Positions 12,902 to 25,087 of a stretch of DNA of 64,000 nucleotides are shown piece after piece; position 1 is the first letter of the stretch, and every line of letters begins with the position of its first letter. Position numbers and translations under genes: made by a program. The notes beneath the pieces were generated by a model. The model did no database searches. It had not been told where the DNA came from and worked only from the letters and a program-made list of their open reading frames with translations. Source of the stretch: Octopus sinensis (lineage: Eukaryota). The stretch covers positions 18,104,001 through 18,168,000 of the forward strand of contig NC_043024.1 in assembly GCF_006345805.1 (NCBI RefSeq). The letters run 5' to 3'.

Positions 12902-13588
12902 TTGTTGCTATTATGTCAAAGTGTCGTATGTCCAAATTTGGCCAGATGCGTCCTTTTGAATGTTTAGTTTTGCATGCAATAACCGCTTCTTTTGGTTAAA
13001 CTATTGTATATCCAGCTTCTTTAGATGCCAAGATATCAAGTATTGTCAATGTGTAGTACAACAGTTTTGCTATGGAATGGTGAAACTATTTTATCATTTT
13101 CTGGAAAAGTAATATTTTGGACCTATGACACTTTTGAATAACAGCAATGATATATACATACTTATTTATATATATGTATATATTCATATAAATATCATTG
13201 CTATTATGTTAAACTGGCACACGTCCAAATTTGGCTAAATGCATTTTTTTCAATATTCAATTTTGTTTGCGATAGCCAGTTCTTTTGGTCAAACTATCGT
13301 ATCTCCAGCTGCTTCAGATGCCAAGTTATGAAAAATTGTCAAAGTGTAGTACAATGACTTAGCATTTTTCAAAAGTATAGTAAGTCCCACATACAACAGC
13401 TTTGCAAGAATATTTCTGCCTGAAAATATCATACAGGCATGGAGTTACAATTTTATGCCCCCAACAAAGTATTACTGTTAAGCTGTATCTGTTGCTAATG
13501 TAAAAAGAAATGGAAGGGTGAAATTATTTTTATGTTTTCTGAAAAAGCAGCGTTTTGGACTTAAGACATGTTTGCATAATAGCAACAA
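12902..13588. mobile_element. Two adjacent related MITEs (12902-13150 and ~13195-13588) in (TA)n
   Basis: Terminal inverted repeats ttgttgctattatg..aa..tgtc / gaca..tt.gcataatagcaacaa. The two copies have homologous interiors and TA-repeat flanks. Confidence 0.65.
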
Positions 13589-16500
13589 TATATATGTATA
13601 TATATATATATATATATATACAAGAAGAAAATGGATGTAAATAACAAGGAGAAACTTGTCGTTTTAGCTGGTATACTTTTAATTTAATCAATTAACAAAG
13701 AAGAAGATGGCATTATGTATGTGTGTGTGTGTGTCTTCTACTATAACCTCGGGCTAACCAAAACCTTGTGAGTGGATTTGATAGAAACTGAAAGAAGCCC
13801 ATCGTATATATGTATATATGTGTATGTTAACCACCATTATCAATTGGTAGAAGCGTATATTGGTACCTGCTTCGATTATGTATCCCCATCAGCCCAAAAA
13901 TTTTGGAAACTAGACTAATATATATGTATATATACAGACACAGCTGTGTAGTAAGAAGCTTGCTCCCCAACCACATGGTTTCAGGTTCAGTCCCACTGTG
14001 TGGCACCTTGGCAAGTGTTTTTTTATTATAGCCTCAGACTGACCAAAGCCTTGTGAGTGGATTTGGTTGATGGAAACTGAAAGAAGCCTGTCATATATAT
14101 GTGTGTGTTTGTGTTTGTTCCCCACCATTGTTTGACAACCAGTTTTGGTCTCTTTGTGTCCCTGTAACTTAGCAGTTTGGCAAAAGAGTTGATTAAAATA
14201 TGGACAAGTCTTTATAAACTGATAAGTACGGGGGGTGGGCGAATTCATTTGAACTAAAATTCCTCAAGGTGGTGCCCCAGCATGGCCACAATCAAATAAC
14301 TAAAACAAATAAGAGATAAAAATAAAATAAAAAGATATATATAGGTGCAGGCTTGGCTGGGTAGTAAGAAGCTTCCTTCCCACCACATGGTTCCAGGTTC
14401 AGTCCCACTGCATGGCATCTTGGCAAGTGTCTTCTACTATAGTTCAACCAAAGCCTTGTCAGAGGATTTGGTAAACGGAAACTGAAAGAAGCCTATCATA
14501 TATATACACATATATATATTATATGTATGTGTTTGTGTGTGTCTATGTTTGTCCCCCACCAACATCGCTTGACAACTGATGTCAGTGTATTTACATCCCC
14601 ATAACTTAGAAGTTCAGCAAAAGAGACTGATAGAATAAGTACTAGGCTTACAAAGAATAAGTACTGGGGTTAATTTTTTTTTTTTGCAACTAAAGGCAGT
14701 GCTCCAGCATGGCCACATTCAAATGACTGAAACAAGTAAAAGAATACCCACCCACACACACATATATATATACATACACATATATACATATACACACATG
14801 TTCATGAAGTAAAACAAAAAACAAGCAAAAATTTTTTAAATAATTACAAAATTACAAAATTGTAAAATAGAAATAAAGTAAAAATACTTTCAAAAAAAAG
14901 ATGTTGAGGCAATAGAAAAAATAAAAGAACAAAAATGAAACCAGATGAAGTGACCGATGATAAGAAAGAAATGTGGAGAGATGGAGGAGGGAAGCTGCAC
15001 AGTCGGGGCCCCAATGAAACTAATAAAAATCTCAATATAACTATAGCAAAAGGAAAATGTTCAGCAAGTGAAGAGGAGGTTGATGTGTGAGAGAGGCTGT
15101 TAATGAGTGGAAGTAGGAAGAGGAGGTGTAGAGGAGAGCAACATTAAAGTTAGATATCGTGCTGGAGGACCATCATCTCGCAGATATTGTTTGGGTGGGT
15201 GTTGATGTCTTTTTATAGATTTGTGATAGGCAGAAGCGGGTGGATTTGGTTTGTTTTGGGAGTGGGTTTACTTTTTTTTGACCGGTTCTGCCAAGTTTTT
15301 TTTACAAGTGCAGCAGTGGTGGTGCTGGTGCTGGTGCTGGTGGCTGTGGTGACTAGCGATGTGATAGTGAGGTGGTAATAGTGGCCCTGGTGATGGGTGT
15401 AGCATCAGCAGTGGTGGTGGTGGTGGTGGTGGTGGTGGTGGTGGTAGTAGTGGTGGTGATGGCGGCAGCGGTGGTGGTGAAGAAGTTATGGCAATGTTGA
15501 TGTACTGGTATTATATATGGTGGTGGTAGTTTTGGAGTTGGTGTCTGCAGTGGTGGTTGTGATGATACCAGTAGTGGTAGTGGTGGTAGTGGTAGTAGTG
15601 ATGGTGGGGGTGATGATGATGATGGTGATGTGGGTTGTTTTTTAAGTTTATTACTCTTTTTGCATTATTTTCTCAGGACATAAAATACGAAAATAATTGT
15701 TTCTAATTTAGGAACAATGCTTTCAGGGGTTTTTAAGGGGAGGGGTTTATTAGTACCATCAATGCCCCTCTTCCCCACTCCCACCATACTAGAAGGATGA
15801 AAGACAAAGTTGGCCTCAGCAGAGTTCGAACTCAGAACCCAATGAACCAGTAGAAATATCACAGGACATTTTTCCCTGATGCTCTGATGATTCAACCACA
15901 TTTGGAGACAGAAATTCTCAAATTTGAGGGGGAAGGTAGAGTTGATGCTACTGATCCCTGAGTCTAATTTCCAGGCCAGGTGTGTGGGGCATATTTTGGA
16001 AATTGGGTGTATGTATGCACTTGTGTGCACATGTGTACATGTGTGTGTGTGTGTGTGTTCCACATAAAATATGTTTTACATATTTTATAAGTTATATGGC
16101 TTGGTGGTTGAAGTGCTGAACACGTGGTCATTAACATATGGTTTCAATTCCCAGAACAAGCAAACAACATATTAAGCCCTTAAGCAAAGTACTACTCTTC
16201 ATGCAGCAGCTGGGGAGTTTAGCTCAGTGAAAGACCGGTGACCTATCCCAGAGAGAGCCCTGTGCTCGCAGTTATTTAAGTCCACCCAACACCAACACCC
16301 AGACCCCTACACACATGGACCAATTTTCCTAATCCTTCTGCCTTCACGCAGCTTCAATCCCCAGTAATTCCATCTCCCACCCATGTACCCACAACTTACT
16401 GACCCACAAACATCATTCTCACCGGTCTTGGAGCATTTATAAGTTAGCCCCTTGTGGGTAGTAAAGAAATAGGTCTTGGAGCATTTACAAGAAATCAAGG

Positions 16501-16924
16501 CTACTGCTCTTCATTAAAAATTCTCCAAGAAACAATTCCATGTGTGAGAAACCGAGGGAACCTACATATGGTCATTTGATCAGTCAACCCCCATCAAAGA
16601 ACCCAATCCCCCCTATTTGCCATCATGAAAACAAAAATAGCTATTGGATGTTATTGACATTTTCCTTAATATTCAATCATTGCCAACAAAGGCTGGATGA
16701 AAGCCTCTGCATCTCATTTCTCTACATTGGTTGTAGGCCCCACTGTACATATTAGTTAATGACAGCTTAGATACTGTGGCCTCTATGGTCAACCTGGAAG
16801 ATCAAGCTCACAATATGTGAAAGATTATATGGGATGGCCATAAGTGGAATCTGGAACACTTTTCATTACAGGTCTACTGAACCATGGCTGCTCTGGAGAT
16901 TAAACAACAGCCACTACATATTAG

Positions 16925-17640
16925 AGTGGACACTTTGGTCCACATCTACTCACTGGAGTGGACAGGTTGGTTTACATCTATTCAGTGGATTGGTTAGTGT
17001 GATCCAAATCTACACATTGGAGTGGACAGTTTGATCTACACACTGGAGTGGACAGTTTGATCCACATCTACACATTGGAGTGGACTGTTTGATCCACATC
17101 TATACGCTACAGTGGACAGGTTGATCCAAATCTACACATTGGAGTGGACAGTTTGATCCACATTTACACATTGGAGTGGACTGTTTGATCCACATCTACA
17201 CATTGGAGTGGACAGTTTGATCCACATCTACACATTGGAGTGGACAGTTTGATCCACATCTACACATTGGAGTGGACTGTTTGATCCACATCTACACATT
17301 GGAGTGGACTGTTTGATCCACATCTACACATTGGAGTGGACAGTTTGATCCACATCTATACATTGGAGTGGACAGTTTGATCCACATCTACACACTACAG
17401 TGGACAGGTTGATCCACATCTACACATTGGAGTGGACAGTTTGATCCACATCTACACATTGGAGTGGACAGTTTGATCCACATCTATACATTGGAGTGGA
17501 CAGTTTGATCCACATCTACACATTGGAGTGGACAGTTTGATCCACATCTACACACTAGAGTGGACTGTTTGGTCCAAATCTACACACTGGAGTAAGCCCT
17601 TTGGTTCACATCTACACACTGGGGTGGGCAGTTCAGTCCA
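16925..17640. repeat. 32-bp minisatellite, about 22 copies
   Basis: Unit gatccacatctacacattggagtggacagttt, homogeneous in the centre and diverged at the edges. Confidence 0.95.
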
Positions 17641-18562
17641 CTATATTATAAAACAATAAAGACCAAAGAGCCAAAAAGAAGCTTGTTTTGATTATAAAGA
17701 AAAATAGTAAAAAAACATGATTGGTTTGGTTCAAAATCAGACAGACAGACAGAGTGTGAGATCATAGAATTTACTGAAGAGAATGGACAACAAGTTGTAA
17801 AAGAGTCCGATTCTCAAGACATGGTAATTGTGAAATGTCAAAATGAAGAAGTAGACTCATTGGTGCTGACGAGAGTTGGGTTAAGAACGTTTAATTAACT
17901 TTCAAAATACCTCTTATCATGAACCACCATTTTATACTATTGCCTCTCCCTCCACCCACGTCTCTCTCTCTTCCTCTCTCTTTTTCTCTCTCTGACCTTT
18001 GACATTTCAATAACTCTTAATGAGCTTTAAGAATTGTTTCTGTCTGTCTCTTTCATTCTTTCTCTCTCCTCTGTTCCTCCCTCTCTCTCTCTCTCTCTCT
18101 CAGCATTACTTCCTAAATTGATCTAGCTATCTCCCTCTCACAAACCCTTCCTTGCCTCATCTACTCTCATTCACCCACACACACATACACACACCCTCTC
18201 TACATCATTTTTCTCTCCACCCCTCTCTACCCCGAACCACTCACATCACTTATTCCCATTATTGTTAAGTACAGATATTGAACACCATCCATCTTGTCTC
18301 TCAGTTACACAAGAGTCAGTAGATTCCCTGTTGGACATGTGTAGTCCCTACTTTAAATAATATTAGGAAGTTTATCAAACCATGGCTGTATGGTAAGAAG
18401 CTTGTTTCCCAACCACATGTTTCTGGGTTCAATCCCACTGTGTGGCATCATGAGTAAGTGTCTTGGGGAAATTTCAAACCTGGGTTCTCATTCCTTAAGG
18501 TATTTTTCGATGTTGTTTTTATTATTATTATTATTATTATTATGATTATTATTATTATTAAT

Positions 18563-18595
<33 letters not shown>

Positions 18596-19141
18596 GAGTG
18601 AGAGAGCAGTGCATGCCATCAAAGTGACACTGGGGTAAAATATACAAATCCCAGTATACCCATCATGACTAACCATCTGAGAAGGGTACACCAAGCACAT
18701 GCATTACAACCATATGTGCGCGACATGGTGATATATCAAGATAAACAGAGCATGACCTTGCAGGTGGGGCTCAGAATTTTTTTCAGCTCGAGTAACCCAT
18801 CCCGCTCAAAAGGTCCCTGTATAAGGATTGTTTAAAGATGTTGAATGAACCACCCATGTTTCTAAAGGTGAATTATCCAAACCCCAAAGAATTCCTCTCA
18901 ACATACGGCTATGATGCTCCCCCCACTACTTCTACTTGCGGTCAGAGATGCATATATCATCAGCCACTAAGGGACATGGGCAACTGGTTAAGGTCAAACA
19001 ACTGACAAGCAAATCTGTGGTATTGAGCAGAATATTTGCTGTAGCCCATCTTTTATACCAAGACAAAACAATGTACATGATAACACTTCCAATCAGTTAA
19101 GATCAGAAGCCATGAGAGCCACTGTGTACTGCATCAGGGCT
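18596..19141. mobile_element. ~550-bp interspersed repeat inserted in (TTA)n tracts, full copy
   Basis: Begins gagtgagagagcagtgcatgccatcaaagtgac and ends gtactgcatcagggc, flanked by (TTA)n. Partial copies at 1807-2073, 3078-3489 and 29887-30340. Confidence 0.8.
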
Positions 19142-19168
19142 TTTATTATTATTATTATTATTATTATT

Positions 19169-19380
19169 CAGGTCACTGCCTGAAATTGAACTCGGATTCT
19201 TGGAGTTAGTAGCCTGCACTCTTAACCATTACGCTATATGCCCGAATAATAATAATAATAATGATAACATCGAAAAATACCTTAGGAATGAGAACCCAGG
19301 TTCAAAATTTCCCCAAGACACCTGAAGAAGGCTGGAGGGTATATCAGGCGAAATGTTGTGTTAACAACAAACAAGATGAC
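19169..19380. mobile_element. tRNA-headed SINE with a hammerhead-like tail: head on the minus strand (19169-19244), body on the plus strand (19245-19380)
   Basis: Minus-strand head gggcatatagcgtaatggttaagag...gagttcaatttc. Plus-strand body contains acac-CTGAAGA-a-ggctg...caggc-GAAA-tg-TT-gtgt (19318-19361). Related pieces at 7820-7949, 18460-18520 and 49460-49883. Confidence 0.65.
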
Positions 19381-20774
19381 AAGCTGGCAGAATCATTAGC
19401 ACGCCAGTCAAAATGCTTAGCAGTATTTCTTCTGTCTTTACGTTCTGGGTTCAAATTCTGCCAAAGTTGACTTTCATCCCTTTCATCCTTTTGGGGTTGA
19501 TAAATTAAGTACCTGTCATGTGCTGGAGTCGATGTGATTGATTGTCCCCTTCCTCACAAAAATCCAAGCCTTGTGTTTATTGTAGAAGGGATCATTATTA
19601 TTATTATTATTCATATTCTTAAAGGTGGCAAACTGGCAGAATCGTTAGCACGTCAGGCAAAATTCTTAGTGGTGTCTCGTTTGTCTCTATGTTCTGAGTT
19701 AAAATACTGCTAAGGCCGACTTTATCTTTCATCCTTTCACAGTCAATGAAATGAGTACCAGTTGTGTACTGGGCTCGATGTAATCAATTTACTCTCTCTA
19801 CCTCTCCAAACTTGCTGGCCTTGTGCCAAAGTTTAAGACCCTTATTCTTATTCTTTTCCTTCTCTTCTTCCTCCTCCTCTTCTTTTCTACCACTGCCTTT
19901 TTCTCCTCTTCATTCTTCTTGTTCTTTCCTTTCTTTTCCTTCTCTTCTTTTCTTCTCCTGAAGAATAAGCTTCTTGTTCTTCTCTTCCTCCTCCTTCATC
20001 TTCTCCACCTCCTCCTGCTTCTCTTTTTTCTACCTGTTCTTCCCCTCCTCCTCATCCTTCTTGTTCTTCCCCTTCTTTCCCTCCAACTCATTCTTCTTTT
20101 TTCTTCTTTCATCTACTTCTTGTTCCTCCTCCCCCTCCTCCTTCTCTGTTCTTCCTCATCCTTCTCTTCTTCTTCATCTCCAGTTTTTCTTTTCATCCAT
20201 ATCTTCCTTCTGTTTCTTCCTCTCATTTCTCCTTCCATTTCTTCCCCTCCTCCTTAGTCATTTTTCTTCCTCTTGGAAACCCCCGCTTCTCATCTCTCTC
20301 TCTCTTTCTCTCTCTCTCTCTAAGTCAACACTGACTCAACATGCTTTCATTAGTGTTGTTTATTTACTGATTTGCTGTTGCTTCAGTTTGGTTTTTAAGT
20401 TGGTTGCCAGGTGATGGGGATGGCGGGGGAGGGGGGATCTTACAAAAGGACAAAACTAGAAATGAGAAAGAAAAATGACAAGGGAGAGAGATAGATAGAT
20501 TGATAAAGAAGGAAAGAGAGAGAGAGAGGAAAAGAGAGGGAGATGTAGAAAGAAAATGAGGAAGGTAAGAAGGAAGAAAGAAAATGTAAGACATGCTCAC
20601 ACAGACACACACACACACACTGTAACAACTACAAATATACACATGTACAAACACACACATACACAGACACACACACAAACAACATAACAACAATATAAAC
20701 CCACAATAATTCCACAATATTATTTAGTGAAAAATTTACAATTCCCTTTCTTCTTTCTCTTATTTTCCCTTTGT

Positions 20775-21135
20775 TATTACCTCCGCCTTAGCAAAGACAG
20801 AGGTATTGTTTTTAGTTGTGTTTGTTTGTTTGTCCGTGGACAAGATATCTCAAGAACTGCTGCATGGATTCGGATGAAACTATCAGAGATGTTTGGCCTC
20901 ATGACTGGCACAAACTGATTAGATTTTGGGATTGATCTGATACTGGAAAAGGATTCTGGATTATTTTTCTTGTTTTTTACTTAATTTTTGAGAGCAGTCG
21001 GGTACATTTTTAGTATTCTTGTTTGTGAGTGCAGCCAGGTTTATTTCAGATTTTCTCATTTTAAGAATCATCTCTGGCTAATCTTTGAGAGGACGTTGGT
21101 GTTGCCTTGGCAGAGGTTTGTGCTCCCTGAGTTCT
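20775..21135 (+). mobile_element. Helentron-associated non-autonomous element (HINE/DINE-1-like)
   Basis: 5' tattacctccgcc followed by a short inverted copy (cagagg) and a (GTTT)n tract. The 3' end has ttggcagaggt and a short stem-loop. Second copy at 57827-58196. Confidence 0.65.
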
Positions 21136-21869
21136 TTCTATTTCTCCTTTCTTCAGTTTCCTCACTTTCTGACAAATTTTCTAACAATAATTACAATTAT
21201 TAATTTCCTTTTTCTTTTCCTTTTTCTCCTCCTTTTTGTAAATAGCATTTATTTTCCAGAATGCCATGTCATATACAGAATTATAATTTACAATATTTTA
21301 CTAAATATAAATTCATTTATTTATTCATTTATTTATTTATTTAGTCTCTTGTAAATGCAATGACATTTGCCAAACAAACATATTTATTATATTTTACCAT
21401 TTTTCCTAAATAATGTTAGATTTTACAATTTTTATGTTTTAATGCTATGTGATGTGTAACAACTGTTTATAACCATTGTTCCAATGATATCTATATATAT
21501 ATATGTCTATGTTTGTGTGTCTGTGTTTGTCCCCCAACAAGTGTCTTCTACTATAGCCTTGGGCCGACCAAAGCCTTGTGAGTGGATTTGGTAGATGGAA
21601 ACTGAAAGAAGCCCGTCGTATATATATATATATATTTCTTTACTACCCACAAGGGGCTAAACACAGAAGGGACAAACAAGGACAAACAAAGGGATTAAGT
21701 TGATTACATCGGCCCCAGTGCGTAACTGATACTTAATTTATCGACCCCAAATAGATGAAAGGCAAAGTCGACCTCGGCGGTATTTGAACTCAGAATGTAA
21801 GAACAAACAAAATACAGCTACGCATTTCGCCCGGTGTGCTAACGTTTCTGCCAGCTCACCTGTATATAT

Positions 21870-21927
<58 letters not shown>

Positions 21928-23700
21928 GTATATGTGTGTGTGTATGTGTGTGTATATGTTCGTGTGTCTGTGTTTGTTCCCCCAACATCGCTTGACAACT
22001 GATGCTGGTATGTTTACGTCTCCTGTAACTTAGCGGTTCGGCAAAAAGAGACCAATAGAATAAGTACTAGGCTTACAAAGAATAAGTCCTGGGGTAAATT
22101 TTCTCGACTAAAGACGGTGCTCCAGATGGCAACAGTCAAAGGACTGAAACAAGAAAAAGAGTAAAAGAGTAAATGTTCCCCACCTGGACAGGACGCAGGA
22201 TAAGTAATCGCAGGGTGTACTCATGTACAGCTGAGTGGACTGAAGCAATGTGAAGAGAAGTGTTTTGCTCAAGAACACATGTCACCCGGTCCAGGGGTTG
22301 AAACTGCAATCTTAAGATCATAAATCTTAACACCCTAACCACTAAGCCATGTGCCTCCACTATTGTAGAAATGGTGTATAGTGTAGTGTTGCAGTAATAT
22401 TCTGCTCTAGACACAAGGCCTGAAATTATGGGGGAAGGGGCCAGTTGATTAGATCGACCCTGGTATGCAGCCGGTACTTAATTTATTGACCCCAAAAGGA
22501 TGAAAGGCAAAGTCAACCTCAGTGGAATTTGAACTCAGAACGTAAAGACAGCCGAAATACTGCTAAGCATTCTGCCTGGCGTGCTAACGATTCTTATTTC
22601 TTTACTGCCCACAAGGAGCTACACACAGAGGGGACAAACAAGGACAGATAAACGGATTAAGTCGATTATATCGAACCCAGTGCATAGCTGGTACTTATTT
22701 AATCAACCCCAAAAGGATGAAAGGCAAAGTCAGCCTCGGTGGAATTTGAACTCAGAATGTTGCAGTAGACAATTCTACCAACTCGCCACCTTAGCATCAT
22801 AATAATATTCTTTTCTACACTAGACACAAGGCCCAAAACTTTGGGGGAAGGGCTGGTCAATTAGATCAAACCAGTACACAACTGGTACTTAATTTATCGA
22901 CAAGCTTTCTTCTGTTCCATCTGAAATCCACTCGCAAGGCCTGAAACAATAGTAGCAGACACTTGCCCAAGGTGCATGCAGTGGGACTGAACCCAGAACC
23001 ATGTGGTTGGGAAGCAAGTTTCTTACCACACAGCCATGCCTGCTCCTATAACATAAAAAGGAAAGAAGTTAAATTAAATGTATTTAGAATTTGAAACCCC
23101 AACAACAAACTTTAAATACTGCAAATCACTCCTAACACCACAACTCCATCAGCTTCCAATCTCTGGGAAATCAGGGATTTTTTAGTTTTTTTCTCTCTTT
23201 AAACCAAATCGTTATGAATTCAAGTACTAAACTTTATTTTCCACATTTCAATTTTCCATGCGGAAATTTAATCCATTTTATCTCCTGTGTGGATGTAATT
23301 TATTTGTGTGTCACTTCCAGCTGTTTTATTATTAAAACTAAAACTGTTTCTGTCATTTTATCATCATCTTCCCCATTATCATCATCATCATAATTATAAT
23401 TATTTTAATGACAATTACGAAAATGATTGTTTATTAGCCTCGTCAGCATTTTTGTTATTAAGGGTGATGGATTACCATTGTTGAGATTGGTGGCATGGTG
23501 TAAGAAGTTCACTAGGTATAGGAGTGGCTGTGTGGTAAGTAAGTCGCTTACCAACCACATGGTTCCAGGTTCAGTCCCACTGCGTAGCACCTTGCGCAAG
23601 TGTCTTCTACTATAGCTTCCGGCCGACCAAAGCCTTGTGAGTGGATTTGGCAGACAGAAACTGAAAGAAGCCTGACATATATATGTGTATATATAATTTT

Positions 23701-24018
23701 AATATTTCTATTATTGAAAACAAGTGGATGTATTCCACTGAAACTAGGTAAATAGATTCTTCGAACGGGGACAGTCAGTAGCGACACCTGCTGGGTCTGA
23801 CTACGCTGCATTGATAAAGGGTAAATACCCTGAAACATGTCTGCAGCTGTCTGACTGGCAGGATGAAGCGGCTGACCTCCCCTGTTTGAAGGTTTATAAT
23901 GGACGCAGGTTGTGTGTCATATAGCTAGCTTGAGGCAGTGGCCTCTTGGAGCTAATCAGCGACAGCTTTAGTCTTATATTTATAAGACTGCCATATAAGT
24001 ATGGCGATAACTATTAAT
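23701..24018. repeat. Inverted, differently permuted copy of the 361-bp structured repeat, nested in the microsatellite of a SINE
   Basis: The reverse complement aligns with 6460-6770. It splits a SINE into 23517-23690 and ~24100-24325. Confidence 0.75.
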
Positions 24019-24019
24019 T

Positions 24020-24064
<45 letters not shown>

Positions 24065-24094
24065 GTATGTATGTATGTATGTACGTATATATAT

Positions 24095-24128
<34 letters not shown>

Positions 24129-24971
24129 TTGTCCCCCCCCCCAACATCGCTTGACAACCGATGCTGGTGTGTTTACATCACCGTAACTTAGTGGTTCGGC
24201 AAAAGAGACTGATAGAATAAGTACTAGGCTTACAAAGAATAAGTCCTGGGATCGATTTGTTCGACTAAAGGCGGTGCTCCAGCATAGCCACAGTCAAATG
24301 ACTGAAACAAGTAAAAGAGAGAGTAAAAAGTATTCCAGTCATGTAGTTTGGGGTTCAAACTCACTGTACAGCTTCTGGGGAAAGTTGTCTGTTGTCCTAA
24401 CCTCAAATAAAACAAAGTCTTCTCAGTGAAGTTTGATAAATGGGAATTGTGTAGAAGGTCCTCAGATGGTCGTTCAAAGGGGTCTTTTGAATGAACAGCA
24501 CATGGAATTTATGTCTCCACACTATCCACTTGTAATAACAAAATATGAACTTCTATCGGAACCTACATACCATGGACAAGAAGCATTTCTACCCATTCTA
24601 CACAGCACTTTCCTTGGATAATGGAACTGCAACTGCAACATCCTACATATATTTTTATTTTTATTCTCTTATTTCCCTTTATACTTCATATATCCATCCT
24701 TTTCCAAAGTAACTCCTTATACTGAACTCAGCTATTTCCCTCTAATTAACTCTCTCGTATCGTTTCTGATGAAGGGATATCCCTAATATCCCAGAAACAG
24801 CTTTACAAATGTCCTAGAAATTTCACACTGCCTTTGCTTTGTTGTCTCACTTTATTTAATATATAAATGCGAAGAACCAAGAGTCTAAGTACAGTCCTCC
24901 CATAGCACTTACATAGCCTTACCTACCATTTTGGGTCTTTTGGATACCAATATCTCTCATATATATAATAT

Positions 24972-25007
<36 letters not shown>

Positions 25008-25087
25008 CCTCACTCAGAGATTTATTATTGCTTGTTTACACTTTTATGATATCAGTGACTTTTCGTGACTGGAAAAAGGATATATAT

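Noticed and set aside
16925-17640. CRISPR-like regular repeat with dyad symmetry
   Set aside because: The units are contiguous with no unique spacers, there are no cas genes, and the context is eukaryotic. It is a minisatellite.
19060-19141. HDV-like ribozyme at the end of the 550-bp TAA-associated repeat
   Set aside because: I could not build the nested double pseudoknot (P1, P1.1, P2, P3) by eye and saw only simple hairpins.
19169-19244. Possible tRNA gene, also at 8740-8808 and 22290-22360
   Set aside because: A/B boxes are present but there is no complete cloverleaf or acceptor stem. They continue into SINE bodies, so they are SINE heads.
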